From Flavobacteriaceae bacterium UBA3078 (GTDB taxonomy: Bacteria; Bacteroidota; Bacteroidia; Flavobacteriales; Flavobacteriaceae): a stretch of 34,792 nt of DNA. Shown piece by piece: positions 1-8,385 of this stretch. The stretch spans positions 1 to 34,792 of the forward strand of contig DFBO01000003.1 of NCBI GenBank assembly GCA_002366675.1, read 5' to 3'. The translations under genes and the position numbers were made by a program. How positions within the stretch are numbered: the stretch's first letter is position 1; each line of letters starts with the position of its first letter. The notes beneath the pieces were generated by a model. That model was not told the origin of the DNA. It did no database searches and was given only the letters and a program-made list of their open reading frames with translations.

Positions 1-16
1 GATTAAATATAAAACA

Positions 17-46
17 AAAGGCGTTAAGATTTCTCAAAACGCCTTT
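17..46 (-). terminator. Probable intrinsic terminator of the exbB-exbD cluster
   Basis: Inverted repeat AAAGGCGTT (17-25) / AACGCCTTT (38-46) just downstream of the exbD stop, followed by a T-rich tail on the minus strand. Confidence 0.7.
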
Positions 47-68
47 AAAATAAAAAATTAAGAATTTA

Positions 69-554
69 TTATTTTTTCAATCCTTGTAAGGCATTACCCT
101 TTTTGGTTGTGTAATTAATTTTTAGTGCATTTACTTTACGTAATTCTTGCTTGATGTCTGTAATTAATCCCATGTTTGCATCGACATCTACTTTTAAAGC
201 AGTTGTTAAAAACGGAACTAATTCTTCTCTTTTTGATGCACGTTCAGCAGCTATAAATGCTGGTATTTCAGAAACCTCGGCAAACTTATCATTTAATTGA
301 ATTCTAGCTTCTGTTCCAAAAGTTGATTTATAATTACTACTTGGTTTTCCAGCATAGATATACATAACTAAGTCCTTTTTATCTAGTTTCTCAACCTGAT
401 CTGCAAAAGGTAGATTATTATCAATCATTAGTGTGTTCTGTCTCATAACAGTTGCCACCATGAAAAAGAATAATAACATGAATACAATATCTGGTAAAGA
501 TGCTGTATTAACAGCTGGCATATCGCCTCCTTTTTTCTTTTTAAATTTAGACAT
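69..554 (-). CDS. exbD: Biopolymer transport protein ExbD/TolR
   Basis: N-terminal SLPDIVFMLLFFF TM helix with the conserved Asp; C-terminal ALKVD..MGLITDIKQEL..KINY; lies in a cluster with exbB. Confidence 0.9.
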   Translation of the reverse strand: MSKFKKKKGGDMPAVNTASLPDIVFMLLFFFMVATVMRQNTLMIDNNLPFADQVEKLDKKDLVMYIYAGKPSSNYKSTFGTEARIQLNDKFAEVSEIPAFIAAERASKREELVPFLTTALKVDVDANMGLITDIKQELRKVNALKINYTTKKGNALQGLKK

Positions 555-567
555 ATTATTTGTTTAT

Positions 568-1206
568 CTAATTAGACTTTTTTGGTTCTGCTTCAGAGAA
601 TTTTTGTGGAATTAAAATTTTAATTTCTTCTAATTTATCTTTTAATTTCGCTTTTTCTGATGAAGGCGTTCTAGCGTCTGAATAACGTTTATCTGCTTCT
701 ACAAAGTTCATTCCTAAATTAGGAAAACTTCTTTCAAACTCTCTATTTCTTAACTCATTATAAGCTGCTATAACTTCATTCTGTACAGCTATATACGTTT
801 CGTATTTAGTAGCTCTATCGTTTTGTAAAGAAATAATTGCTTTATCAAAATTATCTGAAGATCTTAGATTTTTCTTTCCTTGACAACGCTTACATGCATC
901 TGGACCTGTACCACCACCATTATCTAAAAAGGCAACAGCAGCTGCACGAAGATCTTTAATCTGGATAACTTTTTCTTCACCTCCAGTTTTCAAGAATAAG
1001 TCGTTGTTTCTATTAACATTAAGTTGAAAAATATTTTTCTCTTTAATAACAACATCTTCTTGTTCAGTATCATCAATAGGAGGCAGTTTTCTGTTTAATC
1101 CAGAATCTGTCTCTATGGTTGTGGTTACCAAGAAAAATATAAGAAGTAAGAAAGCAATGTCAGCCATAGAGCCTGCATTCACTTCTGGTGCTGATCTTTT
1201 TGCCAT
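568..1206 (-). CDS. exbD: Biopolymer transport protein ExbD/TolR (long Bacteroidota type)
   Basis: EVNAGSMADIAFLLLIFFLVTT signature; periplasmic domain with IISLQNDRATKYETYIAVQNE. Confidence 0.9.
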   Translation of the reverse strand: MAKRSAPEVNAGSMADIAFLLLIFFLVTTTIETDSGLNRKLPPIDDTEQEDVVIKEKNIFQLNVNRNNDLFLKTGGEEKVIQIKDLRAAAVAFLDNGGGTGPDACKRCQGKKNLRSSDNFDKAIISLQNDRATKYETYIAVQNEVIAAYNELRNREFERSFPNLGMNFVEADKRYSDARTPSSEKAKLKDKLEEIKILIPQKFSEAEPKKSN

Positions 1207-1208
1207 AA

Positions 1209-1655
1209 TTATTTATTCGTTATTTTTTTAATTCCTGATAAAACCATTGAACCAATAGCAATAATTGCTAAAGCGTAAAATGCATATAAACCTGCTCCAA
1301 CATTTTTAGAGGTCGCTTCTGTTATTTCTTCTCCTTTATCTGTAAAAGGTGTTAAATCTAGATCTGTTCCTGAAGACATTGCATAAGAAATTACAAGAAT
1401 AACTAAAAATGCTCCTACAGACATTAACGTCTTTTTAATATTACCTGCAAATAATCCTTTAATAACGAATACTAAAACAATAGCTAATGTTAAAAAAAGA
1501 ACTATGTAAGCAACATACATAAATGTATTTACTGTACCACTGCCTTCGCCAGATTTAATAGCTTCGTCACCAATACTTATTATCATAAATAGGAATGCGG
1601 CAGAAACAACTGCAATAATTCCCATTATGATTGTTAATAATTTTTGTGAATTCAT
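1209..1655 (-). CDS. Hypothetical multi-pass membrane protein in the exbB/exbD cluster
   Basis: 148-aa ORF with about four hydrophobic segments, tightly packed between exbB and exbD. Confidence 0.8.
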   Translation of the reverse strand: MNSQKLLTIIMGIIAVVSAAFLFMIISIGDEAIKSGEGSGTVNTFMYVAYIVLFLTLAIVLVFVIKGLFAGNIKKTLMSVGAFLVILVISYAMSSGTDLDLTPFTDKGEEITEATSKNVGAGLYAFYALAIIAIGSMVLSGIKKITNK

Positions 1656-1679
1656 TGTTTAATAAGTTTTAGGTTATTA

Positions 1680-2465
1680 TTACTTCTTGTTTCTAATCAA
1701 TAAATCCATTAAAGTAATAGATGCATCTTCCATATCGTTTACAATGCTATCAATTTTTGCAATAATGTAATTGTAGAATACTTGAAGTATAATAGCAACA
1801 ATCAATCCAAATACGGTTGTTAATAGTGCTACTTTAATACCACCTGCAACTAAAGATGGTTGCATATCTCCTGCTGCTTCAATTTTATCGAATGCTTGAA
1901 TCATCCCGATTACTGTTCCCATGAATCCTAACATAGGAGCCAAAGCAATAAATAATGAAATCCAAGACACATTTTTCTCTAATTGTCCCATTTGAACACC
2001 ACCATAAGCTATTACAGCTTTTTCAGCAGCTTCGATACCTTCGTCAGTTCTATCCAAACCTTGATAGAAAATAGAAGCTACAGGACCTTTTGTGTTTCTA
2101 CAAACTTCTTTTGCAGCTTCAACACCACCTGATTGTAATGCATCTTCTACGTCTTGAGTTAACTTTTTAGTATTTGTAGTAGAAAGGTTTAAAAAGATAA
2201 TTCTTTCAATAGCAATTGCTAATCCAAGAATTAAACATAATAGAACGATTCCCATAAATCCTGGTCCACCTTCTATAAAACGTTTTTTTAGTTCTTGGTG
2301 AAATCCAAGATCTTCTGTGGCTGCATCGTCTGTTGCAGCTTCGTCTTGTGATACACTAGCAACAGTAGCTGCTATTGATGCTGTTATGTTTGCAGTTGTA
2401 TTTGCATTAACAGTTCCGAAAGCCATAATTCCTGTAATGGCTAGAATAGAAAATAATCTTTTCAT
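1680..2465 (-). CDS. exbB: MotA/TolQ/ExbB proton channel protein
   Basis: APMLGFMGTVIGMIQAF and GIKVALLTTVFGLIVAI motifs. Confidence 0.92.
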   Translation of the reverse strand: MKRLFSILAITGIMAFGTVNANTTANITASIAATVASVSQDEAATDDAATEDLGFHQELKKRFIEGGPGFMGIVLLCLILGLAIAIERIIFLNLSTTNTKKLTQDVEDALQSGGVEAAKEVCRNTKGPVASIFYQGLDRTDEGIEAAEKAVIAYGGVQMGQLEKNVSWISLFIALAPMLGFMGTVIGMIQAFDKIEAAGDMQPSLVAGGIKVALLTTVFGLIVAIILQVFYNYIIAKIDSIVNDMEDASITLMDLLIRNKK

Positions 2466-2538
2466 TGTTCTTTCTTAATTTTATTAGTTAAAGTGTTAAA
2501 GATATAAAAAAAATGTTATTAAAAAATAAAAATAACAG

Positions 2539-2626
2539 CAGAGAGGAAGGGATTCGAACCCTCGATACCCTTTTGAGGTATACACGCTTTCCAAGCGTGC
2601 GCCTTCGACCACTCGGCCACCTCTCT
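2539..2626 (-). tRNA. tRNA-Ser (anticodon GGA)
   Basis: Minus strand reads AGAGAGGTGGCCGAGTGGTCGAAGGCGCACGCTTGGAAAGCGTGT..long variable arm..GAGGGTTCGAATCCCTTCCTCTCTG. It has an AGAGAGG/CCTCTCT acceptor stem, a CACGC-TTGGAAA-GCGTG anticodon arm and a TTCGAAT T-loop. CCA is not encoded. Confidence 0.97.
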
Positions 2627-2701
2627 GTATATTATATTTAATAATACCGTTTAGCAAATAACAAAAAAACTTTTGAAAGCCAAAAATTTTGAAAGTTAAT
2701 T

Positions 2702-3733
2702 TTATGACATTTCTCCTCTTAAAGACGTTTCATATATGGTTTTGAAGGTGTTAGCAGAAATTTTTTCTCCTAACAAATACATTAACTTTACTATGCCAGC
2801 CTCTGTTGTAATGTCTTTTCCTGAAATAACACCCAATTTTTTAAGTTGAGAACTTGTTTCATATTGTCCCATATTAACACTTCCTCCAGAACATTGGGTT
2901 ACATTAACAATTTTAACGCCTCTTTTTAATACATCTTTTATTATAGAAATAAACCAAGATTCTGTTGTAGCATTTCCTGAACCATAGGTTTCTAAAATAA
3001 TACCTTTTAAACTTGGGTTCTTAGTAATACACTCTAAAAAGGATTGAGAAATGCCTGGGAATAATTTAATTAATGCAATATGGTTATCAAACTCTGTATG
3101 TAATACTAACTTCTTTTTTAGGTTTGGTTTATAAAGAGCTTCATAATTAACTTTTACATGCACACCAGATTCTGCTAAATGTGGATAGTTTAAAGATTCG
3201 AAAGCTTCAAAATGTTCTGCATTTATTTTAGTAGTTCTATTTCCTCGATATAATTTATACTCAAAATATAAGCCTACTTCTCTAATAACTGGTTTATTAT
3301 TTTTTCTTAAAGACGCCATTTGTATAGAGGTAATTAAATTTTCTTTGGCATCTGTACGTAAATCTCCTATTGGTAATTGAGAACCAGTTAAAATTACAGG
3401 TTTCGCTAAGTTTTCTAACATAAAGCTTAAAGCTGAAGCAGTAAAGCTCATGGTGTCACTTCCATGTAAAACCACAAATCCATCATTATCAGTATAATTG
3501 CTTTCAATAATTTCGGCAATTTGTATCCAATATGCAGGATTCATGTTTGATGAATCTATAGGTTCTTCAAAAGAGATTGTTGATATATTACAACTTAACA
3601 ATTTCAATTCAGGAATATGTTTTAAAAGATTATTAAAATCGAATGATTGCAATTCTCCAGTATTCGGATTTTTTATCATCCCAATAGTCCCTCCTGTATA
3701 AATTAAAAGTATGTTAGGTTTGTTTGCTTTCAT
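2702..3733 (-). CDS. ansA: Type I (cytoplasmic) L-asparaginase
   Basis: YTGGTIGM and HGSDTM motifs, TGSQLP, RGNRTTK, ETYGSGN; no signal peptide. Confidence 0.9.
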   Translation of the reverse strand: MKANKPNILLIYTGGTIGMIKNPNTGELQSFDFNNLLKHIPELKLLSCNISTISFEEPIDSSNMNPAYWIQIAEIIESNYTDNDGFVVLHGSDTMSFTASALSFMLENLAKPVILTGSQLPIGDLRTDAKENLITSIQMASLRKNNKPVIREVGLYFEYKLYRGNRTTKINAEHFEAFESLNYPHLAESGVHVKVNYEALYKPNLKKKLVLHTEFDNHIALIKLFPGISQSFLECITKNPSLKGIILETYGSGNATTESWFISIIKDVLKRGVKIVNVTQCSGGSVNMGQYETSSQLKKLGVISGKDITTEAGIVKLMYLLGEKISANTFKTIYETSLRGEMS

Positions 3734-3735
3734 AT

Positions 3736-4503
3736 TTAAATATTAAAAACGTCTTTTGAATTTTGAGTTGTAATTTCGGTAATTTTTTCTTGAGGAAGCA
3801 TATAAAGTTCTGATAGTTTTTCTAACACCTTAGTTATATAACTACTTTCATTACGTTTCCCTCTATAAGGTTTTGGTGCTAAATAAGGCGAATCGGTTTC
3901 TAAAACAATATGTTTTAAATCTATTTGATTGATAAACTGATCTATTTTACCATTTTTAAAAGTAACAACACCTCCAATTCCTAACTTCATATTAAAGGAA
4001 ATAGCACGTTTTGCTTGCTCTAAAGTCCCTGTAAAGCAATGAAAAATACCGAATAAATCGTCTGATTTTTCTTCCTCTAAAACTTGAAAAACTTCATCGA
4101 AGGCTTCGCGACAATGGATAACTATAGGCAATTGATATTTTTTAGCTAATTGAATTTGATGCTTAAAGGCTTTCTTTTGAATTTCTAATGTAGACGTGTC
4201 CCAATACAAATCAATACCAATTTCACCAATAGCAAAAAATGGCCTTCTTGCCAAATGCTCTTCAACAAGTGCTATTTCTTCTTGATAATTATCTTTGACT
4301 GAAGTAGGATGCAAACCCATCATTAAAAAGACATTTTCTGGAAAATCTGTTTCCAGTTGAAACATGGCCTTTGTATAAGTTGAATCGATTGCTGGAATAA
4401 AGAAACGTGAAACTCCTTCATCAATTGCTCTTTGAATCATTTCTTCTCTATCTTCATCAAATGCCTCACTATATAAATGTGTATGTGTGTCGGTAATAAT
4501 CAT
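3736..4503 (-). CDS. tatD: TatD family hydrolase/DNase
   Basis: DTHTH, GLHP, GEIGID, IHCREA, HCFTG, LETDSPYLAP motifs. Confidence 0.93.
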   Translation of the reverse strand: MIITDTHTHLYSEAFDEDREEMIQRAIDEGVSRFFIPAIDSTYTKAMFQLETDFPENVFLMMGLHPTSVKDNYQEEIALVEEHLARRPFFAIGEIGIDLYWDTSTLEIQKKAFKHQIQLAKKYQLPIVIHCREAFDEVFQVLEEEKSDDLFGIFHCFTGTLEQAKRAISFNMKLGIGGVVTFKNGKIDQFINQIDLKHIVLETDSPYLAPKPYRGKRNESSYITKVLEKLSELYMLPQEKITEITTQNSKDVFNI

Positions 4504-4507
4504 TTTG

Positions 4508-4515
4508 CAAAAATA
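4508..4515 (-). promoter_or_regulatory. Bacteroidota -7 promoter box (TAnnTTTG) for tatD-ansA
   Basis: TATTTTTG on the minus strand, 4 nt before the tatD ATG. Confidence 0.6.
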
Positions 4516-4556
4516 TATGTTTTTACATTATTATCTTTGTAGTAAATAATGTTGTT

Positions 4557-4997
4557 ATGAATAAACTTGGTGATTTTTTATTAGAAAAAGGATATACAAA
4601 AGTGAAATTAAAATTAACAAAAACCAATCATTTTGAAATAAAGGCTACCATTAATGGTGTAAAAGGCTTGTTTATTTTAGATACAGGAGCTTCAAGTTCT
4701 TGTGTTGGATTTGAAGCCATTGATACTTTTAAATTAAACGCTAAAGATTCCGAAGTTAAAGCTGCTGGAGCTGGCGCAACAGACATGCTGACACAAATTT
4801 CTAAAAAGAACACCTTAAAAATTGGAAAATGGAAGAAAGAGAAAGTTGCACTTATTTTATTTAATTTAACTCATGTAAACACAGCTTTGGTAACGCATAA
4901 TGCTCAGCCTGTGGATGGTATAATTGGTGCAGATATTTTAAAGAAATCGAAAGCAATTATTGATTATGAAAAAAAATATTTATTTCTAAAACTATAG
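4557..4997 (+). CDS. Retropepsin-like aspartic protease (single domain)
   Basis: FILDTGASSS catalytic motif and DGIIGADIL flank; TATCTTTG promoter box at 4532-4539. Confidence 0.88.
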   Translation: MNKLGDFLLEKGYTKVKLKLTKTNHFEIKATINGVKGLFILDTGASSSCVGFEAIDTFKLNAKDSEVKAAGAGATDMLTQISKKNTLKIGKWKKEKVALILFNLTHVNTALVTHNAQPVDGIIGADILKKSKAIIDYEKKYLFLKL

Positions 4998-5065
4998 TCA
5001 ATTGGCTGTTTTTTTCAAATATAATATTATATATTTATTTTATATACCTACTAACAAATTAACAT

Positions 5066-5701
5066 ATGCAATCCTCAATTATTATAGCAGATGATCATCC
5101 ACTTATTCTAAAAGGTCTAAACGATTTTTTATTAGAGAAAAAGTATAATGTCTTGGCAAGTGCTGTAAATGGTAAAGAAGCATTAGGGCTTATTGAAAAA
5201 AATCAACCAGAAATTGCTATTCTAGATATCCAAATGCCTTTTTATACTGGTCTTGAAATCGCTAAAAAGTGTAATGAATTAAATTACAAGACTAAAATTA
5301 TACTCATTACGTTTGAAAAAGATGAAGCCATTTACAAACAAGCAAAATCTTTAGGTATTTATGGTTATGTATTAAAAGAGTTTGCACTAGAAGAAATAGA
5401 ACATTGTTTAGAAGCTGTAGATAAAAATATACCTTATTTCAGTCCAGAATTACTTTCTTACCTTGAAGTAGAAGAAGTGCCAAAAGAGCTGGAGTTTCTA
5501 ACTCGTACAGAGGCTGAAGTATTAAAGCTTATTGCACAAAATAAAACAGGTGTAGTTATTGCAGATATCCTTTTTGTGTCTCCTAGAACTGTTGAAAAAC
5601 ATAAAAGCAACATCATAAAAAAGTTAAAATTATCACATAAGCAGAATAGTTTACTTATTTGGGCAAAAGAAAATGAACAGCATATTTTGAAAAATACGTA
5701 A
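5066..5701 (+). CDS. NarL/FixJ family response regulator (REC + LuxR-type HTH); no kinase in the window
   Basis: ADDH, LDIQMP (phosphoacceptor Asp), LIT and YVLKE receiver motifs; LTRTEAEVLKLIA..IADILFVSPRTVEKHKSNI HTH. Confidence 0.93.
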   Translation: MQSSIIIADDHPLILKGLNDFLLEKKYNVLASAVNGKEALGLIEKNQPEIAILDIQMPFYTGLEIAKKCNELNYKTKIILITFEKDEAIYKQAKSLGIYGYVLKEFALEEIEHCLEAVDKNIPYFSPELLSYLEVEEVPKELEFLTRTEAEVLKLIAQNKTGVVIADILFVSPRTVEKHKSNIIKKLKLSHKQNSLLIWAKENEQHILKNT

Positions 5702-5712
5702 AGTTACGTATT
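5693..5712. promoter_or_regulatory. Palindromic operator copy 1, AATACGTAA-AG-TTACGTATT
   Basis: Perfect 9-2-9 inverted repeat that contains the regulator's TAA stop (5699-5701); identical copy at 5842-5861. Confidence 0.75.
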
Positions 5713-5745
5713 GTTTGGCATGTATTTTATGCTGATATTTGTCTT

Positions 5746-5817
5746 GCTATTAATTAGTTCTTAGGGAGAATTAAGAAAGCTCTAAATAATTTGTTTTGTT
5801 TAGAGCTTTCATATTTT
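5746..5817 (+). ncRNA. Putative small RNA 1 (about 70 nt)
   Basis: TTG(5711-13)-N20-GATATTTG(5734-41) promoter-like pair; start GCTATTAAT; 12-bp stem GAAAGCTCTAAA (5775-86) / TTTAGAGCTTTC (5799-5810); no ORF. Ends are approximate. Confidence 0.55.
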
Positions 5818-5841
5818 ATAACAATTTCATTCCATATAAAA

Positions 5842-5861
5842 AATACGTAAAGTTACGTATT
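5842..5861. promoter_or_regulatory. Palindromic operator copy 2, AATACGTAA-AG-TTACGTATT
   Basis: Identical to 5693-5712, with the same spacing to the downstream promoter-like box. Confidence 0.75.
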
Positions 5862-5894
5862 GTGTGGCCTTCAATTTATTAATACATTTACAGT

Positions 5895-5966
5895 GCTATT
5901 AATCAATTACCTATTTAGGAATAAACAAAAAAACTCTGTGTCTAAATTAGATACAGAGTTTCATTT
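5895..5966 (+). ncRNA. Putative small RNA 2 (about 70 nt), paralog of sRNA 1
   Basis: TTG(5860-62)-N20-TACATTTA(5883-90); start GCTATTAAT; stem AAACTCTGTGTCTA (5931-44) / TAGATACAGAGTTT (5948-61) with one G-U pair. Ends are approximate. Confidence 0.55.
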
Positions 5967-6010
5967 CCTAATTACTTTTAAAATGCCCTAAACCTTTAAC
6001 ATCTATTTTC

Positions 6011-6112
6011 ATGGAAAATGAAGAAAAAAGTGTCAACAAATATTTTATTATTGGATTGGTTATTGTTATTATAACTGTTATTTCGATAAATATTCTTGTT
6101 AATTTTTTTTAG
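6011..6112 (+). CDS. Putative 33-aa single-pass membrane peptide (MENEEKSVNKYFIIGLVIVIITVISINILVNFF)
   Basis: ATG 6011 to TAG 6110-6112; charged N-terminus plus about 22 hydrophobic residues; TACTTTTA box at 5973-5980 upstream and a terminator at 6131-6160 downstream. Below the ORF-track size cutoff. Confidence 0.5.
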   Translation: MENEEKSVNKYFIIGLVIVIITVISINILVNFF

Positions 6113-6130
6113 TTAGTTATTTTCAAGAAA

Positions 6131-6160
6131 AAAGCGCAACTTGATATTAGGTTGCGCTTT
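6131..6160. terminator. Bidirectional intrinsic terminator (sucB / small ORF)
   Basis: AAAGCGCAAC / GTTGCGCTTT stem flanked by A and T runs. Confidence 0.85.
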
Positions 6161-6185
6161 ATTTTTATCTTTATTTTGCTCTAAT

Positions 6186-7397
6186 TTATAATTCTAAAGC
6201 TTTCTTAATATCATTGTTCATTAATAATTCTTCAGGGTTTTCAAGAGCTTCTTTAACTGCTACTAAAAATCCAACAGATTCTTTACCATCTATAATTCTA
6301 TGATCGTAAGATAATGCTACATACATAATTGGACGTATTTCAACTTTACCATTTATAGCAACTGGACGTTCAACTATATTATGCATCCCTAAAATACCAC
6401 TTTGAGGTGGATTAATAATTGGTGTAGATAACATACTTCCAAAAACGCCACCATTAGAAATGGTAAAAGTTCCACCTGTCATTTCATCTACAGTAATTTG
6501 GCCGTCTCTAGCTCTAATTGCAAGTCTTTTTACCTCTGCTTCAACACCTCTAAAACTTAAATTTTCTGCGTTTCTTATTACTGGAACCATTAATCCTTTT
6601 GGTCCAGAAACAGCAATTGACACATCCACAAAATCGTAAGAAATCATTTCTTTACCATCTATCATTGAGTTAACAGCTGGATACATTTTTAAAGCTCTTA
6701 CAATAGCTAAAGTAAAGAAAGACATAAAGCCTAAGCCAACGCCATGTTTATTCTTAAAAGTTTCTTTATACTCATTACGTAAGGCAAAAATTGGAGACAT
6801 ATCTACTTCATTAAAAGTAGTTAACATAGCTGTCGTATTTTTAGCTTCTACTAATCTTTCTGCTACTTTACGACGTAACATAGACATTTTACTTCTAGTA
6901 TTACCTCTATTTCCTCCAGTAGGAGTTCCCATTGAAGGCACTGCATTTACTGCATCGTCTTTAGTTACTCTCCCATCTTTTCCTGTTCCAGATATTGCTG
7001 ATGCTTCCATTCCTTTTTCAGCTAAAATCTTCTTAGCTGCTGGACTTGCTGAACCTGTTGCATACGTTTTAGTATCTGCTGCTTTTGGAGTTTCAGTCGC
7101 TTTTGGAGCTTCTGCTTTTCTCTCTTCTTTAGCAGGTGCTGCATCACCTTCTGGTTTTTCTGCACTTGTGTCTATTAAGCAAACTACTGCTCCAACTTCA
7201 ACAGCATCTCCTTCTTCAGCTTTAAGAGTAATGATTCCACTTGCTTCAGCAGGAAGTTCAAGTGTCGCTTTATCGCTATCCACCTCAGCAATCGCTTGAT
7301 CTTTTTCAACATAATCTCCATCTTGCACTAACCAAGTCGCTATTTCTACTTCTGTAATTGATTCTCCTGGTGAAGGAACTTTCATTTCTAAAATCAT
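6186..7397 (-). CDS. sucB: 2-oxoglutarate dehydrogenase E2, dihydrolipoyllysine succinyltransferase
   Basis: Lipoyl domain [13 protein letters not shown]3-binding [12 protein letters not shown], catalytic YDHRIIDG. Confidence 0.97.
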   Translation of the reverse strand: MILEMKVPSPGESITEVEIATWLVQDGDYVEKDQAIAEVDSDKATLELPAEASGIITLKAEEGDAVEVGAVVCLIDTSAEKPEGDAAPAKEERKAEAPKATETPKAADTKTYATGSASPAAKKILAEKGMEASAISGTGKDGRVTKDDAVNAVPSMGTPTGGNRGNTRSKMSMLRRKVAERLVEAKNTTAMLTTFNEVDMSPIFALRNEYKETFKNKHGVGLGFMSFFTLAIVRALKMYPAVNSMIDGKEMISYDFVDVSIAVSGPKGLMVPVIRNAENLSFRGVEAEVKRLAIRARDGQITVDEMTGGTFTISNGGVFGSMLSTPIINPPQSGILGMHNIVERPVAINGKVEIRPIMYVALSYDHRIIDGKESVGFLVAVKEALENPEELLMNNDIKKALEL

Positions 7398-7428
7398 AAT
7401 AATAATTTTATTTGTAAATGTTTTTTTA

Positions 7429-8385
7429 TCAGTGTTTGTTTTTTATAAATTCTCCTTTTACAGGAATACAATCTTGTTTAAATTCGCCATTAACTATTAT
7501 CTTATCAAAAAATAATTTTCCACCTGTTGCAATATTCATATCAATAGTATTTTGTAGGCTTAAATGTAAATGTGGCTCTGTGGTATTACCTGAATTGCCA
7601 CATTGCCCCAGCAACCCTCCTTGTCTAATAAACTGACCTTCTCTTACAGCAATTGAATTTTCTTTTAAGTGTGCAAACAAAATATATTCTTTGTTGCTAG
7701 TTTCTAAAATTACGGTATTTCCAGTAAGTTGCTCTGGATTTAACTCTCCAGGAATATTATCTTTTACTCCTGTAATAACTTTAACTACCATGGCATCACA
7801 TGGAGCTATAACTTCTTTTCCAAAAACAAAATAACTTTCATTTATTTTAGAATCTCCACTAAAAGCAACACCATCTTTTACCATTAAAATATCATAAGCA
7901 TATTGTTGGTTTTCATGTGCCACATGGTAATTCTGTAATTCGTTGGTTCCTCCCCAAAACACAAACCATTCTTCATTAAATGGTAATTTCATTTTAGTCG
8001 TATTTCTTTCAATAACCTTTAAATCTTTTGGTTTGTGATAAATTACTCGCAAACCTCCAATTTTATTATTGCCATCTAAATAAAATGTAATATCTCTAAC
8101 CTCAGAACTAAATGTTGCTTTATAAATATGAGAAACATCTTTTAATTTATTAAATTCAACATTGGATATGCTTCCTAGTTTATTTTTTAAATCAGTAAAA
8201 AATGCAATTGTCTTACTATAAGGTAACGCTTTTTTCATATCGTAATTAAACATGCTATATATAGCTTTATAATTACCTTCATTATAAAAAGATTGAAATT
8301 TTGAAACAACTTTAGTATAATTTTCTTTCTCTTGGGAAAACGAAATAGTTGAAACTAGTAATAATATGAAAACTACTTTTTTCAT
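7429..8385 (-). CDS. Secreted M23-family metallopeptidase with an N-terminal DUF3887-like domain
   Basis: Signal peptide; [40 protein letters not shown]. Confidence 0.82.
   Translation of the reverse strand: MKKVVFILLLVSTISFSQEKENYTKVVSKFQSFYNEGNYKAIYSMFNYDMKKALPYSKTIAFFTDLKNKLGSISNVEFNKLKDVSHIYKATFSSEVRDITFYLDGNNKIGGLRVIYHKPKDLKVIERNTTKMKLPFNEEWFVFWGGTNELQNYHVAHENQQYAYDILMVKDGVAFSGDSKINESYFVFGKEVIAPCDAMVVKVITGVKDNIPGELNPEQLTGNTVILETSNKEYILFAHLKENSIAVREGQFIRQGGLLGQCGNSGNTTEPHLHLSLQNTIDMNIATGGKLFFDKIIVNGEFKQDCIPVKGEFIKNKH

Larger units (their letters stand above)
5690..5964 (+). repeat. Two diverged tandem non-coding units, period 149 bp
   Basis: Identical 25-mer AAAAATACGTAAAGTTACGTATTGT at 5690-5714 and 5839-5863. 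TGCTATTAAT occurs at 5745-5754 and 5894-5903 (same 149 offset). Both units end in a hairpin closing with AGAG(C)TTTCAT. Confidence 0.9.

Noticed and set aside
2539-2626. tRNA-Ser as an integration site for an island
   Set aside because: No duplicated tRNA 3' end, integrase or obvious compositional shift seen nearby
5690-5863. The 25-bp palindromic repeat as a CRISPR mini-array or IS end
   Set aside because: Only two copies, a 124-bp gap with internal similarity between units, no cas or transposase gene, and no target-site duplication
5761-5921. GGA motifs suggesting CsrA/RsmA-titrating RNAs
   Set aside because: Only one GGA per unit, whereas Csr/Rsm sRNAs carry many; no csrA evidence in the window
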